A DNA stretch of 64,000 nucleotides, from NCBI GenBank assembly GCA_020891255.1, contig BQFW01000011.1, positions 806,001 to 870,000 on the forward strand, written 5' to 3'. Positions 26,320-37,834 of this stretch are shown piece after piece; positions within the stretch are counted from its first letter, which is position 1, and every line of letters begins with the position of its first letter. Source of the DNA: Entomortierella parvispora E1425. Lineage: Eukaryota; Fungi; Mortierellomycota. The notes under the pieces were generated by a model. It searched no databases. It saw only the letters and a list, made by a program, of their open reading frames with translations, and was not told the DNA's origin. The position numbers and the translations under genes were made by a program.

Positions 26320-27893
26320 ATGGCTTCTCCAGTCCTCCCTAGTGCTCAGGAACGTGCCCCCGCAGGCATGGTCGATTCTTTCAAGGCCGATGCTGCTGAC
26401 AGATGGCACTCCTTCCGCTCAGGGTTCCGCTTGGGTGAGCTCAGTGGATCCCTCGGTGATCTCGGCACTCTCTTGCCCATCATGCTCTCGCTCTCCTTGA
26501 CGGGCCAGGTTGATTTGACGGCCTCTCTTATCTTTGGTGGCATCTGGAACATTGTCACTGGCTTGGCTTTCCGCATGCCCATGTGTGTTCAGCCCATGAA
26601 GTGTAAGTTCTATTTTTTTTTTTTTTTGCTAGTGTAAGTGGTGGTACCTACGTGTGTTGTCTTGGAGTCTATGACACATAATTTAACTCCCGTATCCGCC
26701 TTCTCCTTCCCTATACAAACCATTTAGCCATTGCTGCCATTGCCTTGACCAACCATATGTCCATCGGATCGGTGATGAGTGCCGGTATGGGAGTCTCGGC
26801 CGTCGTCATGTTCCTCGGTATGACTCGCACCATCTACCTCGTTCAAAAGTACACCCCCATGTCCGTCATTCGTGGAATTCAGCTCGGAACTGCCATATCT
26901 TTTGGAGGCAAGGCGGCGGACTTGGTGAAGCAGGCAAAGTCCTTCGGAGGCGAGAACTGGACCTGGGACAACAACTACGAGTGGGCCATCTTTGCTTTCT
27001 TGGTCGTGTTCATCTTCTACTACCGCTCCAAGCGTATCCCAACCGCCATGATCTTGTTCGCCATTGGATTGATCATTGCCTTCATCAAGCTGTACACCAA
27101 CCCCCCGGCCAAGGCCGTCTACCCCAAGATTGGCGTCTATGGCATGCGCGTCACCGTCCCTACCTGGGATGAATTCAAGCATGGATTCGTTTCTGCTTCT
27201 TTGGGTCAGATTCCTTTGACCTGCTTGAACTCGGTCATTGCCCTAGCTGCCTTGGCCAAGGATCTCTTCCCCGAGCGCCCCGCTGGCACGCCCACCATTG
27301 CCGTCTCTGTCGGAATGATGAACTTGGTCGGATGCTTCTTTGGATCGATCCCCTACTGCCACGGATCCGGTGGTTTGGCTGCTCAGTACCGCTTCGGTGC
27401 CAGAACCGAGGTTTCGATCATTGTCTTGGGTCTCCTCAAGATCTTCTTTGGTCTCTTTTTCGGTCCCTCTCTCTCGGGCTTGATTGCCTCTTACCCCAGT
27501 GCCATCTTGGGTGTCATGCTCTTTGTCTCTGGTATCGAGTTGGGTGCCGTGGCCAGAACTGTGAACGATGGTGTGGTCGATGACCAGAAGCGTCACGCCA
27601 ACTTTATCGTCATGATCACCACCGCCGCTATGTTGGTCGGCTTCAAGAACGACGGTATTGGTTTCTTGGGTGGACTCGCTGCCGCCCTTTGCTTCTACAT
27701 TGGAGCCAAGTACATGGGACGCATGGACGATGATGTCCAGGCCATGTCGGAGCAGCAACACCAGGAGACTGCTCTTTCCTCGGTCGACAGCGAGCTCCAC
27801 GACCGCTCTTCTCTTCACAAGGTGCCCGTTCACGAGACTGCCGAGATCTCTGTCGACGGCGCCAACAACAACACTGTTCGTCGCTCGGACTAA
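26320..27893 (+). CDS. Molybdate transporter MOT1 family membrane protein, 2 exons
   Basis: ELSGSLGDLGTLLP, PMCVQPMK, GQIPLTCLNSV, CHGSGGLAAQYRFGAR motifs. Intron at about 26602-26727. Confidence 0.9.
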
Positions 27894-28128
27894 AAATGTG
27901 TGTGTACTTTTTTGCTTCCTTCCTCAATACTTCTTTCCAACCCAAATACCATTTTGTACTTAATATTTTTCATAAAAGAACGCTCTCGTTTTTTTCAGTT
28001 CATCTTTGCTCCTTTGTTTTTTATTGTTTATGTTGATACATGGGTGATGTCTGAGAGAGATACAGAATGCAAGATGCTTTAGAGTTTTTAAATGTTGGCA
28101 AGAAAGGGGGACCCCCCCCCTTTGGCGA

Positions 28129-31100
28129 TCACTGTGAATCGCGCTGTTGAGTAGAAGGTAACGAGGTGTGAGATCGAGTTACGGAGGATTGCGTTTGTGG
28201 GCTAGAGGGAGTCTCGAGAACGTCGAGGTAGGAAGGTAATCCAGCTTCATGTGAGCTGCTCGCATCTGAAGTATGGCTAGGGCGAAGATAGTCAGAGTTC
28301 TAAAAGGAAAAAGAAAAAAAAGGGCATTAGATGATGGTCATGTCCGTACTGAACACAAAATGTTGCTTTCTTTGCTTTCTTACCAGCACTTGGTTCATGG
28401 TGGCTCGGCGATGTGGGTCAGGGTTGAGGAGGATGCGGATCAAACTCCTTGCATTCGCATCCGGAACGGCCGCTTCAAAATGAGGAATTTCCAGTTCGCG
28501 AGCAGACGTCCATTTAAGTCCATTGGCCAACGAAGGTGTATCTGCTGAGGGATGGGCCAAGAAATGCAATACCGTATCATCTGAGAGCGACAAGGGGAAC
28601 AAGGGTCGTGTCGCGAAAAGTTCCTATGAATTGCCAATGAAAACGATGATTAATTTTTTTTTCCATGCCTATTACGCCCACTTGATGATATGAAACAGGG
28701 GGTTTTGGAAATTCACTTACATAGACGAGACAACCAAACGCCCAAAGATCAATGCTGAAATTGGCTGTCACTCCTGAGGAAGCCTCCTTGTCGACTGTTG
28801 TTCCTCTCGCCACCTCGGGCGGGCAGTATCGGACAGTTCCGATACCGATACATTCTTCGTTTGCGACTCGAGACGACTCCAGATCAATGAGCTTCCATTG
28901 TTGGCGAGGATCATCCCGGTTGTGCATCACATTCGAGGGCTTGAGGTCACAATAGACAATCCTCTTGGAATGACACCATGTCAGACAACGAAGCACGCCC
29001 TTGATAATATCCTTGATATAGCCCTCATCCAGCGCGGGTCCTGAGCGATAAAGTCCAGCGCCTGCAAGATCCAAGGGGGGTTCATTCGCCTTGCTCTGTT
29101 CACGCAGAGCTACCTTCTTTGCCTTTCGTGCATTCTTCAACATTTGCGCCAACGTTTCATCCAGACGCTCCAGAATCGTCAAACGAATCTTGGCCGGCTT
29201 GTTGGGATCATCCGTTTCAGACAACACCAGAGTCGCGACATGTTTCAACTCTACAATGCAGGGTCCACGCAGTCGCCTCAAGACCCGACATTCTCGCTCC
29301 CAGGCCTCCTTTCGAGAAAACGACTTGATCACAATCGGTTGCTGTGTATCCGAGTCGATTGCAAACAGGATATCGTTGGCCTCCCCATGAATCGGGCAAG
29401 GCGACTTGGTCAGTTTGTAACGCGCGGGCAGATTCTGAACAAGAGTCACCAAAGCAGGGTGATCTAGGTTGGTATACGTCGTCGAAGATTTGGTGGTGGA
29501 GGTCGAGGTCGTGTCCTTTCGCCTCAAGTCTGTCACCTGGCCTTCGCCGTCGGTCAAATCTGCTGAATCCTTTTGATTAAAATGTTCCAGTTGTTCCTTA
29601 GATCGCTTGTGTAATTGAATGGATCCACTGCTACGATGGCTCAACACCATTCCCTCGTCTTCGCTTGCTCGGCCCATATCCATGCCGGTGCACATCAGAG
29701 TGACCCTGTCGAGAGGACTCACAGAGTTGAACAAGGTCGTATCACGAGGACTAGTGGGACTGTCTCGATTCAACACCTCGGATGAGTTGGCTCCTGTAAG
29801 TGAAATAGATCCAGGCCCAATAGATGATCCTTTTCCAGAAAGAATGGAAATGCCACTGTGATCCCGCCTCGTGCCTCTGGACGGTGGATGGATCATCATG
29901 GGCATCCTTTGAGAGCTGGCTCCTCCTAGACTTCCTGTCGAGTGTCCCAGGGACCGTTGTGTTCCTGAGGTTCCTGGTGCGCCATGGACACGCGTGGGTA
30001 TATAGCGTAACGTGGGCAAGCTCTGATTGTTCTCTCGCTGGTCAAAGGACAAAGACGAGGCAAACGTCCAGCGATCTGCATCCTCCTCGTCGTCTTCTGC
30101 CATGTATGCTGGATAATAGGGGTCGGAGGAAATCGAGCCGACGCGTGCTGCTGCAGTCCCAGGTGTAGACGAATCGGCCTCCTTTTGTGAAGACCCATAT
30201 GTCAGTGAACCACCAAAGACGTTCGATGACCGACTTGAATCACCTGCACTCAACTCTTGCTCTGTACTCGGCTGTGTCAATGCCGCAATAGACTGCATTG
30301 GGTATCCCTGTGCTGGAATGGACCTCCGCACCGCCCTCTGTGATCGTTTTCCAAAGGATGATGCCGAGTCTCTGTCGGCGCTGCTGTAGTTGCTGGGTTT
30401 GTCCTCGGCGACCATATCTTGTGAAAGAGGTTGTTCTCCGTCATTCAAATGACTGTCCGTTCCTTGCGAGTCCTTTGACATGCCTCTCGCTCTTTTGGCT
30501 GATCTGCGACGGAAGAACAAGAAACAGATAAAGGCTGCAATAAGTGCCAAACTGGCACAGATTACTCCTATGGTTAACGGTAGATTCGTGTTACTCGATC
30601 CCGTTCCTCCAGGTAATGAAGGCGCAGGAACTCCTGTGGCTGGTTCACCCAGCTTGGAAGAGGTCCATTGCCATGCCAACGTGTCGAGGATGTAAATGTT
30701 GGTGTCATTCGCTTGTGGTGCGCCATAGCCTCCCCACACAAGCATGTTGGTTCCGTTCAAAAGAGCAGAATGCCCGGTACGAGGCCCAGGCCCCATTATT
30801 TTGTTGGTTGTCATCCTGTTCCAGACCCATTGAGGCTGTGATGCGTCCATCACCCAAACATCATCATCTATCGGCGCATCTGGTCCGCCTCCTAGTTTGT
30901 GTGGTTTACGGATGAGAAAAAAAATCGTTAGAAGAGTTGGAAGTGTGACAGGCGGTGCACATACCATGTGTGTTCTGTGTAACCTATGATCAAAGGAGGG
31001 GCGCAAGGCAGAAAAATCCAGGGATCAGAGGGCGGGAAATGTCAGGGGGGCAGGAGGATTTACCATAGACAATCATAGTGTTGTTCAGGCAGACGGCAGT

Positions 31101-32844
31101 GTGGCCCTTTCTGGCCGACGGTACCGACCCGCCGACACCGGGGTTGACAGGGATGGCGAGTGTCCACGTCTCCAAAGTTAAATCAAAGGTGTGCACGGTG
31201 TTGTAAGCCGGACTGTTTTGATCGCTCCCGCCAAAGATGGCCATGGTGTTGAGGCCCGTGAGTCTGCACATGGTGTGGTACATTAGTGACGGTCCATTGG
31301 CGATCGAGGTCCAACTAAAAGTGCTTTCATCCTAAAAAACATGATAGAAAAAACTGCGTCAATAGATCGCCCTGTTGACATGAGGAAGATGGGGGCTCAA
31401 AAGCACAAAAGAAAGACCATCAGCCGCATAGAAGGCAAACTTGGAAGGATACAGCTCTCAAAAATAGAAATTGGGTTGCGATACACAAAACAGTACGCGA
31501 AAAATGAACAGATGAACATGAACTGGACAAACACAACTGGAGGTGCAGCAGCAACAACAACAACAACAATGACCCATTCCTGACAGTCGACTGCAACGCC
31601 CATGTCTCTCTTTGCTGGCTGGCCTGCCATTTCACTCTGCGCGTGCTCAAGTTGGAGTAGAGGGCGTTGACGGGCGGGATTATATATAGCACACCCAGCA
31701 GGCAACCAGTGGGAAGAAGCTGCAGGCTACAAACAAGGAGCATACCACTTCGACCGACACCGACATGATCATGAACTCGCCCTCTCCCGCTTGCAGTGCC
31801 GTTCAACTTACTAGCTTTGTGAGGTCATTGAGGACTCCTGAGCTGGCAAACCCATTTGAACCTACAGAGGCACCGCCGTGAACAAAGATCAAGCCATCTG
31901 ATACACCCACAGCGGCCCCCAGGCGCAAAGGAGGAGCAACAGCAGGTACAGCTAATAGAGGTCGGGGGTGCATGTAACAAGGATAAAGGCGTTACTGTCT
32001 GTGTCGAAGGTCTTTTTACCCAAAGTCAAGAATCATTGGCGCGTCATCAGCACCGAAACTTACGTGGATTTGGCGTGGACCAGACCCAAAAGTACGTGTC
32101 TAACATTAGCAACTCGGTGGCAGGACTCGAGGTATTGCTGATCAATGATAGTATCTTGCCCTGAGATGGTAAGGAGATAGATCTGAGGAACTTTTGTGGC
32201 AGTGGTGCAGTGGAGGCCGTTCCAGGAAAAGTGGTTGGCGGTTGCGACCATTGCCGCAGAGTCGTGCTCCAGACCCATAGATCGTTCGATCCAAGAACAG
32301 TAGCCCCGTAGGGGTCCTCATTCGCATCAGTGGTGCCACCGAACACGACCATGGAAGTGTCCACAATTGCGGCTCCGTGAAAGGCGCGCCAGGTGGGTGA
32401 AACGGCATCGACAGCAGCCAGGCCAGATGTAAGTGAGGAGAGGAGAGAGAGCCAAGGGAGGCGGCGGCGATGTGGTAGAGGCGTTGATGGTGTGGGTGGA
32501 AGGAGAAACAAGAAAATGCTCCAGAGCACTAAAGCCGGGGTTCTCGCCCTTGTCTTTCGTTTGCAACTTCTCCTACACCCTCCCTTGCAACGCCGATCAT
32601 CATTGAAATCACTGTGGATAGCTCTTTGTGTCGGCACTGTCCAACTAGTGCATCGGCCTATTGTGGAGGGCTGTGTCGGGGGGCTGCTGCACGATACTAG
32701 GCTGTTTGTCGGTAAGGGCGAGTCCAGGTGGAGGGATCCAACTAGATCACGTCTGAGGTCCCTGACATGGTGTTGACAGACGCCCGGGATGTTCTTCCTC
32801 GAACAGCATACATGAGAATAGTTCATGCTGGCAGGGTCCCGCAT
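28129..32844 (-). CDS. Receptor-like protein: N-terminal hydrophobic segment, Kelch repeats, single TM helix, cytoplasmic Ser/Thr kinase
   Basis: Kelch blades (RAFHGAAIVDTSMVVFGG, LIFVHGG, MAIFGG, ARKGHTAVCLNNTMIVYG, PRTGHSALLNGTNMLVWGG); TM IGVICASLALIAAFICFLFF followed by RRRSAKR; kinase IVIK, ERE, YCDLKPSN, DLE, GTVRYCPPE, DLWAFG. The last Kelch blades, TM and most of the kinase lie in one exon. Start codon uncertain. Confidence 0.8.
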
Positions 32845-33717
32845 GCAAGCAGGGTCAAAGAAGGGTAAATGACAAAGCAGAGCAGAGCGTGCGCGGTGAG
32901 AAGGAGAAAGGAAAGAATGGGGAAGAGAGAGGGGAAAAGAGAGAATGCTCTGGTAGGAGTTGTCAATGCATGCAGAAGGACTGAGCGATGGGGGTAAGGA
33001 GCAGTGTCAAAAAGACCAAAACAGTATGTGAATGTGAAAAAAGGGTGACAGGGAAAGAAAGGAAAGATGCGACAGCGAGATCAGTCCCATGTCGCCTTTG
33101 TCCATGGAACAAACAGTGAGGTGCGGCACGGACTCTTTGCTGTGGAAGCCCCTCTTTCCCAGCCTGCCCTGCCTATCTGCCTGTCTGTCTTGCGGTGAAT
33201 TGCACCATGAACATTGTCAAAAATTATAAATAGCCACAAGGCCTTTTGTTGTACGGATGCTTGACCATTCAGGCACACAAAGGTTCGGTGCATCCCGCTG
33301 GGCGCACACGTTTGCGAAATATGTATGCCCGGTCGACCCTCAACCCGCTTGGCGTCGGCACAAGGCATGTCATGCACGGTGCCTGGATGCTTGAAAGATA
33401 GCAGCTTCACCACTTGTGATCTCGCGTCGACCAGGAACGCGTCAGAAATATGCCAAGAAGCCGTTAGAACTGCGATTGCAATTTTCCAGAAACAAAGTGT
33501 TGGAACCGCTATGTCTTATCTGCCGGACACAGAGTGGATCCATACCTTGAAATAGCACAGTGTCGAGGTGTTGACACAAGACCAACACTGAGCCGGTTCA
33601 ACACCAGGGACCTCCCTTACACGCGGCGCTGGCGCCTACGTAAATGGTCACGTGAAATATTGGTTCATTTGAGTTCATTTGGTGCAAGTCTGAAAACAGC
33701 TCTTTTATTCAGGCTAT

Positions 33718-34798
33718 TCAAAAGAAGTCAGAGGCCTGCTTCCGTCCTTTTGCTGGCGTTGATGCAGTCGCCGACTTTTTGGTATCTGATGATGGTGATC
33801 CCTTGACCCCGTTCTTGTGATGTGGATTATGGATGGTGTGGTGTGTCCGGACTTTCAAGGCGCTCTTCACAGGTCGCGTATCAACGGCTGGGATGGGGAC
33901 CAAGGTAATAGGCAAGTTCTTGTCAAATCCTAGGTAGAGAAAAAAAAATAGGAGATGCCCGTTAGTTCAGATGATTAATGTCGAGCCATCGCCGCCATAT
34001 CATTTCCTTTTCCCTTTTAAAAACAAAAGGGTCTGGAGGGCTGGGTATCATATCGGGTAAAGCCTTACTCTTCGTAATGTTCTTTTCAAGGTTCCATTTG
34101 ATAGATCTCTTGACTGCTGCTGAGGCTGCTGCTGAGGCTGCTGCGTCTGTCGTTCCGTTCACAGCCTTGGTACTGGAGACCTTCTTTCCATCTGCCTTTG
34201 CCAATTCCTTTTCCAGAGCCTTGTTTTGCTCCGCCAAGCGATCCTGCACATGTTGCCAGATCTGATGCTGATGAAGCTGTTTTGCTTTCAGTTGTTCATC
34301 CTGCTGCTTCCGCAACAATTCATAAGTCTTTGTGTCGAAGCTAAAATACGAAGGGAAAAAAAAGATGATCAAGTACTAATCAGTAACTAATCCATAATTC
34401 ATAGACTGTCTACTGCAGGGGGGTAGAGTTGTCCTTACCAAATCATGGGAGATCGTGATCTATTCTTGGGGCGTCGTTGACTGTAGAGAATGCTCCAGGT
34501 GCTCCATGGCGCCTGTCTGTAGTGAGAGAGCTTCCACAGGGAGACTAAAGCTGCCATTTGTCTGTTGCTCAGTTGTCTGGGGGGGATGATGATATCCTCC
34601 ATCTATTTGATACATGCGCCACAAGAAAGATATAGAGCAGAAAGTGAGAAGCTGAGAGAATACTGCAATCATCTGAAGCGTCTCCAATGCATGTCATTGA
34701 GTCCTTGAGCACATGGATGGTATGTCACTAATGTTGTGTGTAGCCGTCCTGTTGTAGCTTTCCAATGGCTCGCTCGCACATACCTCAACGTCGGCCAT
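33718..34798 (-). CDS. Small basic protein with RRP1B-like C-terminal PP1-docking motifs, 4 exons predicted
   Basis: MADVE|gtatgt first exon. Later exons give KRSIKWNLEKNITKRFDKNLPITLVP...RPVKSALK...GRKQASDFF*. Canonical splice sites join the exons in frame. Confidence 0.6.
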
Positions 34799-34898
34799 TG
34801 TGTAGGTATGAGTGATTATGGTCGAATGGTGCAAGGGTTAGGATGGCAAGATGCCAGCGTTGTTGTCAAAAAAAAAAATGTGACTGCTGCCATGTTTT

Positions 34899-34930
<32 letters not shown>

Positions 34931-36835
34931 TGCCACCGACCAGACCGTTCGATGCAAAAGAGCCAGGCCAGGTCGAATCTGGAGCGATCTCCACGAACGG
35001 TGCTCACTCGCTCCCACAATTGTCCGGAAATGTAAGTATCTTTTTTGAAAAAGCCATGTTCATGTTCCTAACAACAACACCGTATTGCTCTAACTAAAAA
35101 AAGTCAACCCAGACTGGTCCCTGCTCAATCCACCAACCCAAACTTGTTCACTGTGGCGTTCCTCAGGTACTCCAAGAAAACCCCCGCAAACGTTGTTGTG
35201 TTGCATAAGTTGCCTCAGCACTGACAGCTCAACAGACTCACACTCCTCTCCTCGGTTTTGTTCAGCGATAATTTCGCTGAAACTGTTCAATGATCGCTGG
35301 AAATAGCCCCTCTCCCCATGCAATACAAATATTAATATCCGGCACTCAAGGTATTAATAAATGAATAAAAAGGGGTGAGCAGCTGAGTGCAGGGAGAGCA
35401 GAAAACAAGTGAGCGTCCACCACCAGGCTTTGTTTTATTTTAGTCGAGTTTACCTCATCCGGTAAAGAAACTCATGGACAGAAAAAAAAAAAGAGAACAA
35501 AAAGACGGAAACCGCTGCGTGTAGTTCACTCTTTGCAGATCAGCGAAAGAGGAAGAGAAGGTAACGGCGATAAAACACCTTCATGTATCGACTGATGAAG
35601 GAGAGAGGCCCTGCAGAGAATGGACAAGAAATTCTTAAACGGATTAAAGTTGGGATTGATGACAAAAATTCGTACTTCATCCACACACGCACCACACATG
35701 AGAGGCGAAGGACTTGAGAGTGGGAGGCGAGGCCAGGGTGCGGAAGTAATGTTCATCCCTCCCCACAAACTGCTGCGATTAGAAATTGCACCTAGTCTGG
35801 TGCAATTTGGAGACTTGATCGCACCAGCGCCTCTGGGTCAGCCGACACTGGGGACGAAGCGTGACACAGGCAGATGCCCATTTCCCGTATTTCAGTATAA
35901 ATCGGTTCGATTGAATTGAATAAAAACCGGAGCCAGAGGCAATAACATCACACTCCTTGAAAGACAGAAAGGGTGACAGGGGAAGGTAAGAAGGGCGTCC
36001 ATGGCGTCCCTCTATCCATAAGGAGAAGGCAAAGGAGGGCCGTTAAGATGAGAAACAGTTGAAAGATTGGGTTCGCAGATACAACAATCTGCTATCTGCC
36101 CGCCACCCTTTCCGCTAAACCACTGAGGCTGCACAGTCCGCAAGTGCAAAAGAAAAGAGAGAGTAGAGAGGAACAGAGTTCAAGGCCAGCTCGCGACCGC
36201 GAGTCGGTGTCTGAGGGAGGGGGTGGGTGGTGTCAGTGCCATAGTGAGCATTGACGCGACGGGCGGACCTGACAGAAACATTTACCCTGCACCTCCTCCC
36301 CACTCAGAGGACTTTACGGCAGCAAACAGACTGATTGTCCATGGTAGGCAATGTTGAGGTGATGCGGGGATGATCTTGACCAGCAGCATGCTCTCACAAT
36401 GTCGTGTTTGTTAGACCAAGGTAGTGGGTTGTTAGCAATAACAAAACAAAAAAACAAAAAAAACTAAAGATCCACAACGACGACAAGGGCACCCTTCATG
36501 TTTTGCTGCTCATGCTCTGCACGAGCTCACAAGTCCAAGTCCGACCAGGCTATCGTGGTGAACTAGCGAGCATTGAGTATTTTTATGTTGTTGTTGATTT
36601 GTTACTCTCTACAAAGCACCACATACAGACAGCACAAACATCCATCCCCCTCCCCCCTTCCAACTGCCGTCTGTCCGTCCGTCCGTCCTTGTTTTCTTCT
36701 CTCGTCTTCGTCTCCTTACTTCTTTCCCCTTCTTTCTTCTCTTCTCTTTTTCTCTTCTCTCTTTGTTATCACCTTTGTCTTTTCCCGCTCTCTCTCTCTC
36801 TCTTTCTCTCTCACCTCAACCACCTACATTTCACA

Positions 36836-37834
36836 ATGACTGATACCACCACCACTCCCGTTGTTGACGCTCCCGTCGCCACCCCCGAAGTCGCCACCCC
36901 CGAAGTCGCTGCCGAGGCTAATGCCACCCCTGCCGCTGAGGTCGCCGAGACCCCTGTTGCCGCCACTGAGGAGACTCCTGCTGCCGCTGAGGCTGAACCC
37001 ACCTTCTCCACTGCCGTCGAGCCCTCTGAGAACCCTGTCGAGCATGCCGATGGCACCCCCTTGGAGACTGCTGCTGTCGAAGCCGAGGCTGTCCCTGCTG
37101 TTGTTGTGGAGGAGACCACCACTGAGGTCATTGCTACCCCCGCCACTGAGGAGGCCCCTGCTGCTGCTCTTGCCACCTCCAAGGCCGACAAGAAGAAGTC
37201 CTGGATCTCAAAGTTGACCAGCAACATCAAGAAGCTCACGGACAAGAAGCCCAAGACTGAGAAGCCCGTCGCTGAGAAGCCCGCTGCCGCCACCCCCGTC
37301 TCTGAAGAGGCCCCTGCTGTTCCCGCTGCTGAGGAGACCCCCGCCGCAGTTGAGACCCCCGCCGCTGCTGAGGAGACCCCTGCTGTCGCTGCCGCTGTTG
37401 AGCCCGAGGTTGCCGTTGTTGAGGTTGTTGCTCGCGAGGAGGCCCCTGCTGAGGTTGCTGCTGCTGAGCCCGAGGTCGAGGCTGCCCCTGCCGTTCCTGC
37501 TGCTGAGGAGAAGCCTGCAGTTGAGCTCCCCACCACCCCCGTCGCCACCGAGAAGGCTGAGAAGACTTCCTCTCCCTTGAGCTCCAAGCTCAGCAAGCGC
37601 CTTTCTCTTGGATTCTTCAAGAGCAAGAAGGAGAAGAAGGAGGAGAAGGCTGCCGCCCCTGCCCCCGTTGCTGAGGCTACCGAGACTGAGGCTGCTGCTC
37701 CCCCCACCCCAGCCAAGGATGAGACCCCTGCTGCTGCTGAGGTCGAGGCTGCGAACGAGCCTGACGTCGTGACCCCCGCTGTCGTGACCCCCGCTGTCGT
37801 GGAGGAGGCCCCCGTCGCCGTTGCTGCTCACTAA
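36836..37834 (+). CDS. Acidic Ala/Glu/Pro/Thr-rich intrinsically disordered protein with two basic motifs
   Basis: Single exon, ATG at 36836, strong C/T-ending codon bias like CYS3, low-complexity EETPAA/PAAE repeats. Confidence 0.8.
   Translation: MTDTTTTPVVDAPVATPEVATPEVAAEANATPAAEVAETPVAATEETPAAAEAEPTFSTAVEPSENPVEHADGTPLETAAVEAEAVPAVVVEETTTEVIATPATEEAPAAALATSKADKKKSWISKLTSNIKKLTDKKPKTEKPVAEKPAAATPVSEEAPAVPAAEETPAAVETPAAAEETPAVAAAVEPEVAVVEVVAREEAPAEVAAAEPEVEAAPAVPAAEEKPAVELPTTPVATEKAEKTSSPLSSKLSKRLSLGFFKSKKEKKEEKAAAPAPVAEATETEAAAPPTPAKDETPAAAEVEAANEPDVVTPAVVTPAVVEEAPVAVAAH

Noticed and set aside
15440-27893. CYS3 and the molybdate transporter as a sulfur/molybdenum gene cluster
   Set aside because: They are separated by unrelated housekeeping genes and no shared regulatory motif was seen.
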